Notes: generated from the sequence alone by a model not told the origin. Positions 1 to 11,220 are shown, counted from the first letter of the stretch. The stretch is DNA of 64,000 nucleotides from Thecamonas trahens ATCC 50062 (GCF_000142905.1 NW_013657659.1:269458-333457); one strand, 5' to 3'. Made by a program: numbers and translations.

Positions 1-126
1 CTGGACGACGTAGGCTGCTCCACGGTGGGCAGGTGTGTGCGCAACTGTCGAGTGCGGTCCAAAGTGCAGTGTGGTGACACTCGCGCTTCGCCTTTGCCCT
101 CGCACGGCGTCGGACACGCACCACGA

Positions 127-1845
127 TCATTTGGGCAGGTGCTGCGCAGCGGCGCCAGCGGCGACGCCAGTGCAATCCTGGACCCATGAGCGTGGAAGGT
201 AGGCCATCCACCACTGATCGGGGCCAAAGAGAGGGACAACGCACGAGGAGCGGATGGCGTACCACTCGCGGGTGTACAGAACCATCAGCAGGCCGTTGCC
301 GAGCGCAAGCATGAGCCAGAGGAACAGATTCCAGTACGAGGCCTTGTTGGCGGTAAGAGTGATAAAGATGACGCCCGGCCCGCCAAACATCAGCAGCAGG
401 ACCGGATAGACAAAGCCGAGGGCGGCGGCGATGATGTACTCGTGCAGGACGGCCGAGACAAAAAAGGCAAACAGCTGGGCGGCACCGCGGCCCAGGCCGA
501 GGAACTCCATCGAGTCCGAGTAGAGGTAGGCGCGGACCCAAAGGTGGACGACCGAGTTCCACCGGCGATAAAACGAGCCCCACGAGGTGGCGTTCCACCA
601 GTCCGAGTAGAAGCGGCGGTCGGCAAAACGGGTGATTTCGGCCCAGGCGTTGAGCCAGGCATGGAGCAAGCCCCAGAAGGCCATGATGTACAGCAGCATG
701 GCGGGCATCATCGACGAGAAGACCGAGAGTACAAACGGCTTGTAGGCAAACGGCGCGTTGGCCGCTTTTTCAAACTGCGGGCCCACGTACCGGAACACAA
801 TGTACGCGCAGTAGACGACGGCCACGATCTCGGCAATGTAGCGGAGAACAAGCGCATAGCGCGTGCGATACGTCCGCGGATACGATCGCCGGTAGAGAAA
901 GGTCGGCGCAAACATAAAGTATGTGTACGCTTCGACCTCATTGCCGAGCGTCCATCCGTCAAAGGCCACAGGCTCGGCGGCGAGGAGCGTGCCGGCCGCC
1001 ACCGTGGAGTGCGGGTAGTCGTCCGAGTCCGCAGGGTACGACTCGCGGAGATACGAGTGGATCTTCATCGAGATCCGCGTCTGCTCCAGCATAAATGCCA
1101 GGCCTGATGCCGGCGGCAGCTCCAACCGCCGTACCGCATACCCAGCCGCCGCGTAGAGGCCGAGCTGGTACACCGCGTACGCGCACACCGCCGCACACCG
1201 CAGCGCGCGCGACATCGAGCAGTGGCACACGTACGCGATGGGGAGAATGGCATACGAGGCCCCAAAAAGGACAAACCACATGAGAATGACCGTATCAAAC
1301 TGGCCAAAGCACCACCAGATGAGCGAGAGGTCGACAAAGAGGGTGCCTGACTCGAAAAAGTCCTGGATGAAGATGTTCAGCCCGGCCATGATGATGACCG
1401 TCACAAAGAGATTGTGGATGGTGGCGTAGTCGCGGATAGCAAGCATCTGCGTCAGCTTGGACTTGCAGGGCGTGAAGACCCACTTGAAGCCGCCATCGCT
1501 GCCGCCGGTTCTCCCACGCCCGCCCTTGCTTCGGCTCTCGCCCTTGCGCGGCCCGTCGACACCTGAGCCCAGCTCGGCCTTGCCGCCGCGGAGCGCACGA
1601 CGCAGCGACTTGGTAGTCTGCTGACCGGCACCCTCCATAAGCTCGTCGACCCGCTTGATAAGGCGGGCAAAGCGCGAGTCCATCTCCTCACGCGCCCCGT
1701 TGATGAGCGCCAGCGCCTCCTCCCGCACCGCCGCCTGCGCGGTAGCCACGGCTGCCTCTGCCCGCACCGTTGCCTCGGACTCGGCTGCCGATACTGCCGC
1801 CAGCACCTCCTGAGACAGAGTCGCTGCCACAGACGGGCTCTCCAT
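127..1845 (-). CDS. SOAT1: Sterol O-acyltransferase (ACAT/SOAT, MBOAT family)
   Basis: Multi-TM protein with MBOAT motifs FAPTFLYR, NAWAEITRFADRRFYSDWWN, RRWNSVVHLW and catalytic VLHEY. Start taken at MESPSVA (ATG 1845); the ORF is open further upstream to 2361 through a tandem repeat. Confidence 0.9.
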   Translation of the reverse strand: MESPSVAATLSQEVLAAVSAAESEATVRAEAAVATAQAAVREEALALINGAREEMDSRFARLIKRVDELMEGAGQQTTKSLRRALRGGKAELGSGVDGPRKGESRSKGGRGRTGGSDGGFKWVFTPCKSKLTQMLAIRDYATIHNLFVTVIIMAGLNIFIQDFFESGTLFVDLSLIWWCFGQFDTVILMWFVLFGASYAILPIAYVCHCSMSRALRCAAVCAYAVYQLGLYAAAGYAVRRLELPPASGLAFMLEQTRISMKIHSYLRESYPADSDDYPHSTVAAGTLLAAEPVAFDGWTLGNEVEAYTYFMFAPTFLYRRSYPRTYRTRYALVLRYIAEIVAVVYCAYIVFRYVGPQFEKAANAPFAYKPFVLSVFSSMMPAMLLYIMAFWGLLHAWLNAWAEITRFADRRFYSDWWNATSWGSFYRRWNSVVHLWVRAYLYSDSMEFLGLGRGAAQLFAFFVSAVLHEYIIAAALGFVYPVLLLMFGGPGVIFITLTANKASYWNLFLWLMLALGNGLLMVLYTREWYAIRSSCVVPLFGPDQWWMAYLPRSWVQDCTGVAAGAAAQHLPK

Positions 1846-2156
1846 GGACCACCGAGAGTGAATGAGAGTGGAGTGCCTGCCTGGTCGGTCGCCGAGTGCG
1901 GGGAAGGAGGTACAGGCGCACAGGCCGACGTGAGGCACGGCCAGGCAGAGGGAAGGAGGCTCATCAAGCAGCGGCAGTGTGGATGTGGGCAGCCTGCTGG
2001 GTCGGATGCGTTGTGATGGGGCGACGGCATTGTAGTGGGAAGGCTGGTGCGGCGATCGATGCCTTGGTTGATGCCTAGTCAGTGTGGTGATCGCTGCGGC
2101 CGTCATCATAGTCGGTGCGGTATATGAAGCGGCCGATGCAGTGGATGAGGATGATC

Positions 2157-2264
2157 GACACCTTGGACGATGCCTTGGACGATGCCTTGGTCGATGCCTT
2201 GGTTGATGCCTTGGTTGATGCCTTGGTCGATGCCTTGGTCGATGCCTTGGTCGATGCCTTGGTC
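2157..2264. repeat. 12-bp tandem repeat, consensus GATGCCTTGG(T/A)(C/T), about 9 copies
   Basis: Directly visible; a further partial copy lies at ~2057-2076. It sits between the divergent SOAT and VPS41 starts. Confidence 0.9.
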
Positions 2265-2390
2265 GTCGCCTGGCTGCGCCTGGCGACAGGAGCATGCGGG
2301 ACCAGCCATGGCCAGAAGCACCTCTCTCTCTCTCTTGTCCCCCACCCCCCCATACACACACAGCTACCTACCCTTGCATAGAGACAGGGT

Positions 2391-5300
2391 ATGAGCGGGA
2401 GTGGGTCGGGCTCGGTAGGCTCGTACTACTACTCGTACTCGGACGGGGGAGTAGACGACGGTGTGGCTGGCCATGGCTCGTACGACGACGGCTCCTCGCA
2501 CTCGGCGTCATCGTCATCGGTGGCCCTGGAAGAGCCAAAGCTCAAGTACTCGCGGGTGGGCGCAGACCTCATCCGCATTGTCCAGAAGGATGCCATCGTC
2601 TGTCTGGAGGCTGGGCCAAAGTTCTTGGTACGTGTGTGTGTGGGCCGGGGGGGGGCACGTGCGACCTGTGGCACTAGGCAGGGAAGGGGTGGAAGAGGTG
2701 GGATGCGGAGTGGAGGAGGACGGGACGGGGAGGAGGAGACGGGGAAGCTCGGGAAGGGGGGGGGGGGGAGGAGGGACTCTCGTAGCCAGTGCGGCGCAAG
2801 TGTGGTCGCCACAGGCACAGCTTGCGGTCCAGACTCATGTTTGTACGAGTCCGCCTTTCTGTAGGCTGTGGGAACATCGTACGGAGCTGTGTACCTGACG
2901 GACCACCTGGGCAACCTGATCAAAGAGTACCACTCGCACAGCATGGGAGTCAACGCGATCTCGATCGACGGGGCGGGAGACTACATCGGAACGTGCTCGG
3001 ACGACGGGACGGCGGTGGTCAACTCGCTCTTTGACGAAGAGTCGTACCGGTACACCTTTCAGCGGCCAATGAAGGCCATTGCGCTCTCGCCCAACTTCCG
3101 CGACGACAAGGCATTTGTGGTCGGCGGGCTGGATGGAGTGCTCGTTCTGCGGCGAAAGAAAAAGTGGTCGGCGTTTGGCAAGTCCAAGGACACGATCATC
3201 CACCAGGGCGATGGCGCCATCTATGCCATCTCGTGGCGCAAGTCGATCATTGCGTGGGCGACGCCTGTGGGGATCAAGATGTACGATCGCGAGACTGAGG
3301 AGCGGATCACGTTTATCGAGCGGCCGGCCGACGCGCCGCGGCCGGACGAGTTCCGCTGCCACCTGGTGTGGGTCAACGATGCGACGCTGCTCATCGGGTG
3401 GGCCAACTGGGTCAAGGTTGCAGTCATCCGGCAGAGCCACGTCAAGTACTGCGAGATCATCGGCTCGTTCCGGACAGACTACTTTGTGGGCGGCATTGCA
3501 CCGTACAAAGAGGCGATGCTGGTCGTCATTGCCTACACCGAGGAGGCGGCGGCGAATGAGAGCGATTCCGGCGAAGGCGCAACGTCATCGCGGCGTGTGG
3601 TCGAGACTGTGCCGCGGCGGCCCGAGCTGCGAATCATCTCGTACGAGAACGACCCGGTCTCGTCGGACGCGCTCGAGACCCACGGCTGGCAGTACACCCA
3701 CTGCCGCAACTACTCGCTGGCGTACCTCCACGACGGCGTCGACGAGATGCTGTACGTCATCTCGCCCAAGGACGTGGTCCTCGCCCAGCCGCGCGGGCCC
3801 GACGACCACGTCCATTTTCTCATGGAGCACTCCAAGTTTGAGGAGGCGCTGGCCGCGGCAGAGGCGACGGCGAGCCAGCTCCAGTTCTACTCGGTGGCGC
3901 AGATCGGGCGTACCATCCTCGACCTGCTGCTGGAGCGCGGCGAGGTGCGGCGGGCAGCGTCGATGCTGCCGGCAATTCTTAAGGACGACCGTGGCGCGTG
4001 GCGCGAGTGGATCCTTCTCTTTGAGGCGCAGGGCCTGCTCGCCGAGCTCGTCGAGTTTGTGCCGACGACAGCGCCGCAGCTCGAGGCCGACCTTTACGAC
4101 CTCATTATCACCCACCTGCTTGCCAACGACCATGCCGGCCTCCTCACAGTTGTCTCCAAGTGGCCGCCGAGCCTGTACTCGATGACTTCGGTCATCCTGG
4201 CGGTCGAAAGGGCGCACGCCTCGTTTGCCGAGGACGAGGACGAGGGCGCGTCGCCCAAGGTACTCATGGAGGTTCTCGCCAAGCTCTACACTCTGTCAGG
4301 CCAGTACGACTCTGCGGTCCAGTTCTGCCTCGACCTCAACGTCGGTGACGTGTTCCAGCTCATCGAAGAGCACAAGCTCTTCTCCGCCGTCCTCGAGCGC
4401 ATTCCGCAGCTTGTCGAGGCCGACGCCGACAAGGCCGTCGCGCTCCTTGTCAAGTACAAGGACGAGATCCCGCCGGACCACGTTGTGTCTGCGCTCCGCG
4501 GGCCGGTACTCGAGGAGAGCCTCCTCCTGTACCTCCACGAACTGATGAAGAAGGATCCGCACATTGGCTCGGACTACCATGAGGAGCAGGTGGTGCTGTA
4601 CGCCAAGTACAAGCCGGAGCTCCTGCTCAACTTTCTCCGCCAGTCGCAGTACATCCCGCTCGAGCGGGCATTCAAGGTGTGCAAGGGCTCGGAGCTTCAC
4701 GAGTGCATGGTGTTCCTCCTCGAGAAGATGGGCAACACCCGCGAGGCGCTCGACCTCATCATCCGCAAAATCGGCTCAGTCCGCAAGGCCGTTGCGTTTG
4801 CACAGGAGCAGGCCGACGAGGAGCTGTGGGACGACCTCATCTCCAAGTCGATCGAAAAGTCCAAGGTCGAGCCGCAGTTCCTCGGCGAGCTCCTCGAGCA
4901 CATCGGCGGACACATCAAGCCGGCCAAGCTCATCTCGCGCATTCCCGAGAACCTTGCCATCCCGCGCCTCCGCGACCGCCTTGTCAAGATCATCACCGAC
5001 TACAACCTGCAGACCTCACTCCGGTCCGGATGCGCCCGCATCCTCCGCAACGACTGTGTCGACCTTATGGAGCGCCTCGTCAAGAACAACCGCCGCGGCG
5101 CCCACGTCGCAGGCGCCGCCGAGTGCATGACTTGCCGCGCCATGGTCAACGTCTCCTCCCGCGGTGCTCGGAGCACCGACGACGGCGTCGTCGTCTTTTT
5201 CTGTGGCCATGTCTACCATCGTGCTTGCCTTGCCCAGTCGGTGGTCGGCGGCGGCGGTGTCGCTGTGTGTGTCGTGTGCCGTGCGCAGGCGGCTAGCATC

Positions 5301-5471
5301 AAAAAGTGCTTGCTCTCCTCTCCATGTGGAAAACGATACGGTTTAATCAAGACACGGCCCGGGCGTCCCGAGCCTGCAGAATGGACCACAGCTTACGAAA
5401 GCATGGCCATGGCGGCGACGACGTCGCTCTCGATGCCGCACTCGTCGTGGCCGCGGAGGATCTTAAAGTAG
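2391..5471 (+). CDS. VPS41: HOPS subunit Vps41 (WD40, clathrin heavy-chain repeat, RING-H2); exons 2391-2627 and 2865-~5471
   Basis: EEPKLKYSRVG...CLEAGPKFL joins AVGTSYG in frame across a GTACGT...TAG intron (2628-2864). Also YVISPKDVVLA, a CHCR region (LLNFLRQSQYIPLERA, LLEKMGNTREAL) and a RING (CMTC...FFCGHVYHRAC...CVVC). The C-terminal end is uncertain because the ORF overlaps the cathepsin gene. Confidence 0.9.
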
Positions 5472-6245
5472 CCGTTGTCACCCCAGGCGGTGGTCCACGA
5501 GTTCTTGATGAGCCAGTACGGCTCGCCGTTCTCGGTGCCAAAGCCGACAGGCGAGACGCAGTGGCCGCCGAGCACGCCGCCCGAGGTGTGCTTGTACACG
5601 CCCGACTTGTAGTGGATAAAGTCCTCGTAGACGGTGAAGCAGGCCTCGACGGTACCGTGGGCAACGATCTCCTTGGCAATGTCATCGGCCCGGTTAAGGA
5701 ACGAGCCAACCGAGTAGGGGCGGCCGACGTGGAAGGCCTTGCACGACGAGTTGGTAACCTGATGGCACGGCTTGGTGGGCGAGAACGGCGGCTCGCACGG
5801 CTGCTGCGACGGCTTGCACGTCGGCTCGGTGTACGGGTAGCACGACGAGGTCGTGAGCCCGTTCTCGTGGATGAACTCCTGGGCCGCGCCAGCGTCACCG
5901 CCCTCGCACCCGTTGCACGGGCCGCACGACGTCAGCTGCTGCTCCGACAGCTCGTCCTGGAACTTGCCGCCCGACGCAATGCAGAACCGGTCCGACGCCA
6001 TCTGCGTCGCGCCGAACGCCCAGCACGAGCCGCACGAGCCCTGGTTCTTGATGCTCCCGATCTGGGTGCAGTTGGCCCAGTTGGTCACCGAGTTGAACGA
6101 GGCCGGGACCTCCACGTCGGGCACCTCGCCCACAGGCAGCGACGCCTTGAGCACGGGGTTGGGCTTCCACCCGAGCATGCGCTTGACCTCAGCCACGGAC
6201 GCGTGCTTGAACATCGGGTTGACGCCAGCCACCCAGCCGGCGTTC
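5393..6245 (-). CDS. CTSB: Cathepsin B-like papain-family cysteine protease (last exon; first exon probably in the gap)
   Basis: QGSCGSCWAF (catalytic Cys), SDRFCI, GCEGG, FTVYEDFIHYKSGVY, GGHCV (His), YWLIKNSW (Asn), ECGIES. There is a CAG acceptor at 6248-6246 preceded by a pyrimidine tract. The signal-peptide exon is not visible. Confidence 0.88.
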
Positions 6246-6393
6246 CTGGAGGGGGGGAAGGGGAGGGGGGGTGAGTGGTTGGACAGCCTTTTTCGGTGCG
6301 ACTGTGTGATCGAAAGGAGGGGGAGGGGGGAAGGGGACGGGGGAAGGGAGGGGGGGAGGGGGGGAGGAGGGGAGGGAGAGAGAGAGAGAGAGG

Positions 6394-7038
6394 NNNNNNN
6401 NNNNNNNNNNNNNNNNNNNNNNNNNNNNNNNNNNNNNNNNNNNNNNNNNNNNNNNNNNNNNNNNNNNNNNNNNNNNNNNNNNNNNNNNNNNNNNNNNNNN
6501 NNNNNNNNNNNNNNNNNNNNNNNNNNNNNNNNNNNNNNNNNNNNNNNNNNNNNNNNNNNNNNNNNNNNNNNNNNNNNNNNNNNNNNNNNNNNNNNNNNNN
6601 NNNNNNNNNNNNNNNNNNNNNNNNNNNNNNNNNNNNNNNNNNNNNNNNNNNNNNNNNNNNNNNNNNNNNNNNNNNNNNNNNNNNNNNNNNNNNNNNNNNN
6701 NNNNNNNNNNNNNNNNNNNNNNNNNNNNNNNNNNNNNNNNNNNNNNNNNNNNNNNNNNNNNNNNNNNNNNNNNNNNNNNNNNNNNNNNNNNNNNNNNNNN
6801 NNNNNNNNNNNNNNNNNNNNNNNNNNNNNNNNNNNNNNNNNNNNNNNNNNNNNNNNNNNNNNNNNNNNNNNNNNNNNNNNNNNNNNNNNNNNNNNNNNNN
6901 NNNNNNNNNNNNNNNNNNNNNNNNNNNNNNNNNNNNNNNNNNNNNNNNNNNNNNNNNNNNNNNNNNNNNNNNNNNNNNNNNNNNNNNNNNNNNNNNNNNN
7001 NNNNNNNNNNNNNNNNNNNNNNNNNNNNNNNNNNNNNN
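6394..7038. other. Assembly gap (N run). Other gaps: 24522-24621, 27532-27803, 38348-38596, 44821-45278, 57829-58209
   Basis: Runs of N, each flanked by G-rich and/or C-rich low-complexity tracts. Confidence 0.99.
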
Positions 7039-7131
7039 CCCCCCCCTCGCCCCACAGCCTCCGACACCACTACACTCCCTCCCTCCCTCCTCCCCCTCTA
7101 CGTACACACACACACATACAAACGCATGCAA

Positions 7132-7812
7132 ATGCGTGTCCTCGCTGCTGTTGCTGTGCTTGTACTTGCGGTGGCCCATGGGTGGCTTGTCTCTGGCTCT
7201 GTGACTGTGGGGACGGCCAGCTCTGCCTCGTCGCCGCCTGCACCTGTCGTGCCTGCCCAGCTGACCTTCAGCGCCAACGTGACGACGACCTTCCCGTCGG
7301 GCGAGTCGTTCTGGCTGGAGATGGCCGGCATGTGGTCGGAGGAGCTGCAGGCGGCGCGGTGGGATACGGTCAAGTCGGGCTCGATTCCGGGCTACCCGGT
7401 CTCGGTGGCTGTGGGCGAGTCAGAGGTGCAGTACTGGCCCGAGCAGAGCAAGTGCCTTGTCGGCTGCCTCGCTGGCGTCAACTGCACCGGCGCACTGTGT
7501 GTGCCCGAAACGCTGGCCTACGGCACATGGATGATTCCGCTTGAGCCATGGCTTTTGCTCGGCGACGCCGCGTACTCGGGCACCTGCGCCCTGGTCAACG
7601 ACAAGCCGACCGGCGACAAGTTTGTGGTCAAGGGCGCGTACGACTCGACCTTCACCTACTGTTTTGTCGGCTCAACCATGCACGCCATCAAGATCGCAGG
7701 CAACGCCGGCGGCTCGATAGTCATCAAGTTCTCCAACGTCCAGGCCAAGCCGACGCCGGCCTCGGCCTTTGCCATCCCCTCGTACTGCACCTGCCCCAGC
7801 ACCGCCGCATAA
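7132..7812 (+). CDS. Secreted Cys-patterned protein, possibly ependymin-related/LolA fold (paralog A)
   Basis: Signal peptide MRVLAAVAVLVLAVAHG, Cys cluster CLVGCLAGVNCTGALC, then GTC, YCF and C-terminal PASAFAIPSYCTCP resembling the FxxPxxC end of ependymin-related proteins. Confidence 0.65.
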   Translation: MRVLAAVAVLVLAVAHGWLVSGSVTVGTASSASSPPAPVVPAQLTFSANVTTTFPSGESFWLEMAGMWSEELQAARWDTVKSGSIPGYPVSVAVGESEVQYWPEQSKCLVGCLAGVNCTGALCVPETLAYGTWMIPLEPWLLLGDAAYSGTCALVNDKPTGDKFVVKGAYDSTFTYCFVGSTMHAIKIAGNAGGSIVIKFSNVQAKPTPASAFAIPSYCTCPSTAA

Positions 7813-7905
7813 GCAGCCATATGCGTAGTTCATTCATCGCTGCCGTCGCCATACGCTTGCCAGCAGAGCAGGCCTGCCATAACACTCACCCGGCAGCCAC
7901 AGCGT

Positions 7906-9075
7906 CTATCCCCAGCCCTTTTCGTAGCGCGGCTTCCGCGAAAGACTCTCCATGTAGCGGGCGCGCTGGCGAGCGATGCCGCGCAGCCGGGCCTCCTCGC
8001 GGGCGTCGGCATGGGTGTCTGCGCCAAAGACCGACGAGATGTACTGCTTGCGCGAAGCCTGCAACGACTGGATTTTCGACTGGCGCAACTTGGCGCGCCG
8101 GGCCTTGTCCTCCTTGTTGATGTTGGTTAGCGGCGCGTGGTCGAGCCGCTCGCCCTCGGGCACAAAAAACGAGGTCGTCGGATCGGCCTGCGTCAGCTCA
8201 AACGTCGGCTTGGCCTGCCGCCGCTTCTCGTACCGCCGGTTAAGGTGCGGCGCGAGCGGCGGCGGCCGCTTGTGCTCCGCACGCTCCGGCTTGATGCCCA
8301 GCACGTCCCAGTCGGCATCGCGCAGCCGCGGCACCGGCTTGCTTGCCGACGACGAGCTTACAGACGCCGGCAGTGTGTGCACCGGCTGAGCCGCTGGCGC
8401 AGCCGACGCATACCCGCCGCCGTACCCAGGACCTGGTCCTCCGCTGTAGCCGCCGCTCTGTCTGCCGCCACCGCCACCACCGCCGCCGCCATAGCCACCA
8501 CCCTGCCCGCCGCCGCCACCGCCACCGCTACCGCGTGCTGGCGACGGCGCCGCCGGTGACGCCCGGGCTCGTTCGTACTGCTCGCTTGCCATCCGCGGTG
8601 GGTAGTGGGTCCGCTGGTCAGAGTGCGACGACGGCGGCTGGTTGAGCCGCGGCGGGTAGCTGGGCGAGCCGTGCGAGCGCGGTGCTCCGCCGCCGTATCC
8701 GCCGCCAGACGAATTGATCGAGTCCAGCGCGTGCGCCCGGCCGGCGCGATTCGGTCCGCCGTGTCCGCCACCGCCGTGCCCGCCACCGCCGTGTCCGCCA
8801 CCGTATCCACCTCCGCCACTGGCGTATCCGCCACCGTACCCGCCGCCGCCACCGCCTTGCGCGCCGCCGTAGCCTCCGCCGCCGTAGCCTCCGACACCAT
8901 GTCCAGCACCACCGTACCCGCCGCCGCCACCGCCATGCTGAGCACCTCCGTAACCTCCACCACCAGCACCTCGGCCACCGCCTCGTCCACCACTCGCGTA
9001 GCCACCACCATATCCGCCGCCGCCGCTGCTCCCGTAACCAGGGCCGTACCCGTCGCCACCGCCACCGTACGACAT
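7906..9075 (-). CDS. Hypothetical protein with Gly/Tyr-rich (GGYGG) low-complexity N-terminus and basic helical C-terminus
   Basis: 389-aa ORF from MSYGGG; no family recognised. Confidence 0.65.
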   Translation of the reverse strand: MSYGGGGDGYGPGYGSSGGGGYGGGYASGGRGGGRGAGGGGYGGAQHGGGGGGYGGAGHGVGGYGGGGYGGAQGGGGGGYGGGYASGGGGYGGGHGGGGHGGGGHGGPNRAGRAHALDSINSSGGGYGGGAPRSHGSPSYPPRLNQPPSSHSDQRTHYPPRMASEQYERARASPAAPSPARGSGGGGGGGQGGGYGGGGGGGGGRQSGGYSGGPGPGYGGGYASAAPAAQPVHTLPASVSSSSASKPVPRLRDADWDVLGIKPERAEHKRPPPLAPHLNRRYEKRRQAKPTFELTQADPTTSFFVPEGERLDHAPLTNINKEDKARRAKLRQSKIQSLQASRKQYISSVFGADTHADAREEARLRGIARQRARYMESLSRKPRYEKGWG

Positions 9076-10083
9076 GCACGTGTGATGAGGAGGGGGGAAG
9101 GGGGTGGGAAGAGAGAGATGGGTAGAGGTGACCGTCACTTGCCCTTGCCCTTGGCCCACGGCCCCGCCAAGCTCGCAACCCGGAGCGAGGCCAATGGCCA
9201 ATGAACACAAACGGAAGCAGCGCAACGGTTGATTCGGCCGCCGACCGGAGGGGAATGGGGGGGGGGGGAGAAATAGAAGGCGCTCTCACTCGATCGCCAT
9301 CGATTCATCGGACGGGGACCTGTTCCCATCGGGCACCTATCGGCAGAATCAAGTACAACATCCCCTCGCTGCGTCCGTACTCTTTAAATTGTCCCACATC
9401 GCTTGGGCGAGGTCTGCTTGCCTGCCCCGCCGTGGCCAAATAAGACAGGTCGTGGTTACTATGTCACTCCAATGTGATCTTTGATTTTGGCAGTCGTGCT
9501 CGAGTCGCGGCTTCCCAGACGCTTCGCCGCAAGGCATGTGCAAAGGTAGAGCAATCCAGCTCGCAAGGGCAGCGGTATACTATTGGGCAACTCTATTTGT
9601 GATGGGCAGTGACCTGGCGTCGGGACTGAGCAGGCTCCAGGGCTTATCGCTGGTCCAGCCGGAAAAAAACCTGTCGGCGGAGAGTTGCACACGCATATCT
9701 CATCGTGCCTGTTCGCCGTCCATAATAGCATTGTAGCAACTGCTACTTTGCCAACTGTGGCAGCGACCCTGCCATCGGCCTCCGCTGTCATCTCTCTCAA
9801 CCCGCGCTGTCGTGATCTCCGAGGATTTCGGGTCATCCGAGCCCTCTGCTTTCTGGGCCGCCGAGAGCAGCTTGGGTCTCTCGGCCAAAGTTGCAGTAGC
9901 TCGATCCGCCCCCCTCCCGTCCAACATGCCATCCAAGCACATTGCAATTGCGCACATGCGGGAGGCCCGCAGTCGATCGAATGGCTCGTTGGGCCAAGTC
10001 ACATGCTAGTGATGTGCAAATCACGTGGGTGCCAACCTTGAACTCGCACACGCGTCTTCACCGCACCTGCCCTCCCCCTGACC

Positions 10084-11196
10084 ATGACCGACGCCATCCC
10101 GCACACGCTGCCCAAGCCCGACGTGGTTCCCGAGCTCGATGTAGCGGCTCTGGAAGATGCTCCCACAGCCGAGGCGCTCGCTGCACTCGCCCATGCCTGC
10201 CACACCGTTGGCTTTCTCCGTGTCGTCAACCACGGCGTGCCCGTTGAGGTTGTCGATGACGTCCTGGCAGCGGCAAGTGAGGTTTTTTCACTCGACCAGG
10301 CCGAGAAGGAGGCGGTGCACATCAACGGGTCGCTGTCATTTCGTGGTTACGCGCGCGTGGGTGAGGAGATCACTCTCGGCGTGCCCGACTTTAAGGAAAC
10401 CTTTGATGTTGGTCTCGAGCACCCGCCCGTGGGCCAGGATGCGGTGGCTGCTGCCGCCGCTACAGGCGCCTGGGCCGGCCTTCTTGCCGGCGCCAACCAG
10501 TGGCCGGCCGCCGCGCCGATGCTGGCGCCACGCATCTACGCATACATGGACGCCATGCGCGAGCTCGGCCTGCGAATCATGACCATTCTTGCGGCTGCGC
10601 TCGATCTCCCGCTCGACACCTTTACCTCGGTCTACACTCGGCGGCCGGCTGGGCGGCCCGATGCGGCCGGCTTTGCCCTCCTCCGCCTGCTGCGGTATCC
10701 GCCGCAGGCCGGAGCGCCGCGCATCGGCGTAGGCGAGCACTCAGACTTTGGCATGCTCACGCTTCTTGCCACGGACGATATCGGCGGCTTGCAGGTCGAG
10801 ATCGAGCCCGGCGTGTGGCGCGACGTGCCGCCGCGGTCAGGCACTTTTGTGCTCAACTTTGGCGATCTGCTCGAGGTGTGGACCAACGGATACATCCGCG
10901 CCACTAATCACCGAGTCATCTCACCGTCGTCGACCATGCCGCGCTTCTCGGTTCCGTTCTTTGTCGAGCCGGACCTGGACGCCACGTTTACCCCGCTCGA
11001 TTCGTCGCGCTTTGCCTACGCTCCAGGCCGCCGCCCTCTCGACGCCGAGGCCGCCGACGCTGCCATCTTCCAGAAGTACGAGGGTCGCTTTGAAGACGCA
11101 TTGCACTACGGCGATCACATCTTTGCCGCCTGCGTCCGCTCCTTCCCCACCAATCCCGTTTCCATCGCGTGGCTTGCCGCCCAACGCGAGCCGTAG
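10084..11196 (+). CDS. 2-oxoglutarate/Fe(II)-dependent dioxygenase (IPNS/DIOX_N family)
   Basis: GFLRVVNHGV, DFKETFD, NQWP, LRLLRYPP, the HxD...H triad (GEHSDFG, TNHRV) and the RxS motif (RFS). Confidence 0.92.
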   Translation: MTDAIPHTLPKPDVVPELDVAALEDAPTAEALAALAHACHTVGFLRVVNHGVPVEVVDDVLAAASEVFSLDQAEKEAVHINGSLSFRGYARVGEEITLGVPDFKETFDVGLEHPPVGQDAVAAAAATGAWAGLLAGANQWPAAAPMLAPRIYAYMDAMRELGLRIMTILAAALDLPLDTFTSVYTRRPAGRPDAAGFALLRLLRYPPQAGAPRIGVGEHSDFGMLTLLATDDIGGLQVEIEPGVWRDVPPRSGTFVLNFGDLLEVWTNGYIRATNHRVISPSSTMPRFSVPFFVEPDLDATFTPLDSSRFAYAPGRRPLDAEAADAAIFQKYEGRFEDALHYGDHIFAACVRSFPTNPVSIAWLAAQREP

Positions 11197-11220
11197 CTGC
11201 TTCCGTTTTACTGGGACCAC

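Noticed and set aside
2157-2264. Tandem repeats here and at 12464-12570, 18250-18420 and 45309-45352 considered as CRISPR-like arrays
   Set aside because: Head-to-tail repeats with no unique spacers, no cas genes, and a eukaryotic context.
5290-5471. 79-bp antisense coding overlap between VPS41 and the cathepsin
   Set aside because: The VPS41 tail after the RING does not look conserved, and a missing base could bring in an earlier stop (for example TAG at ~5294). Cannot be supported given the error rate.
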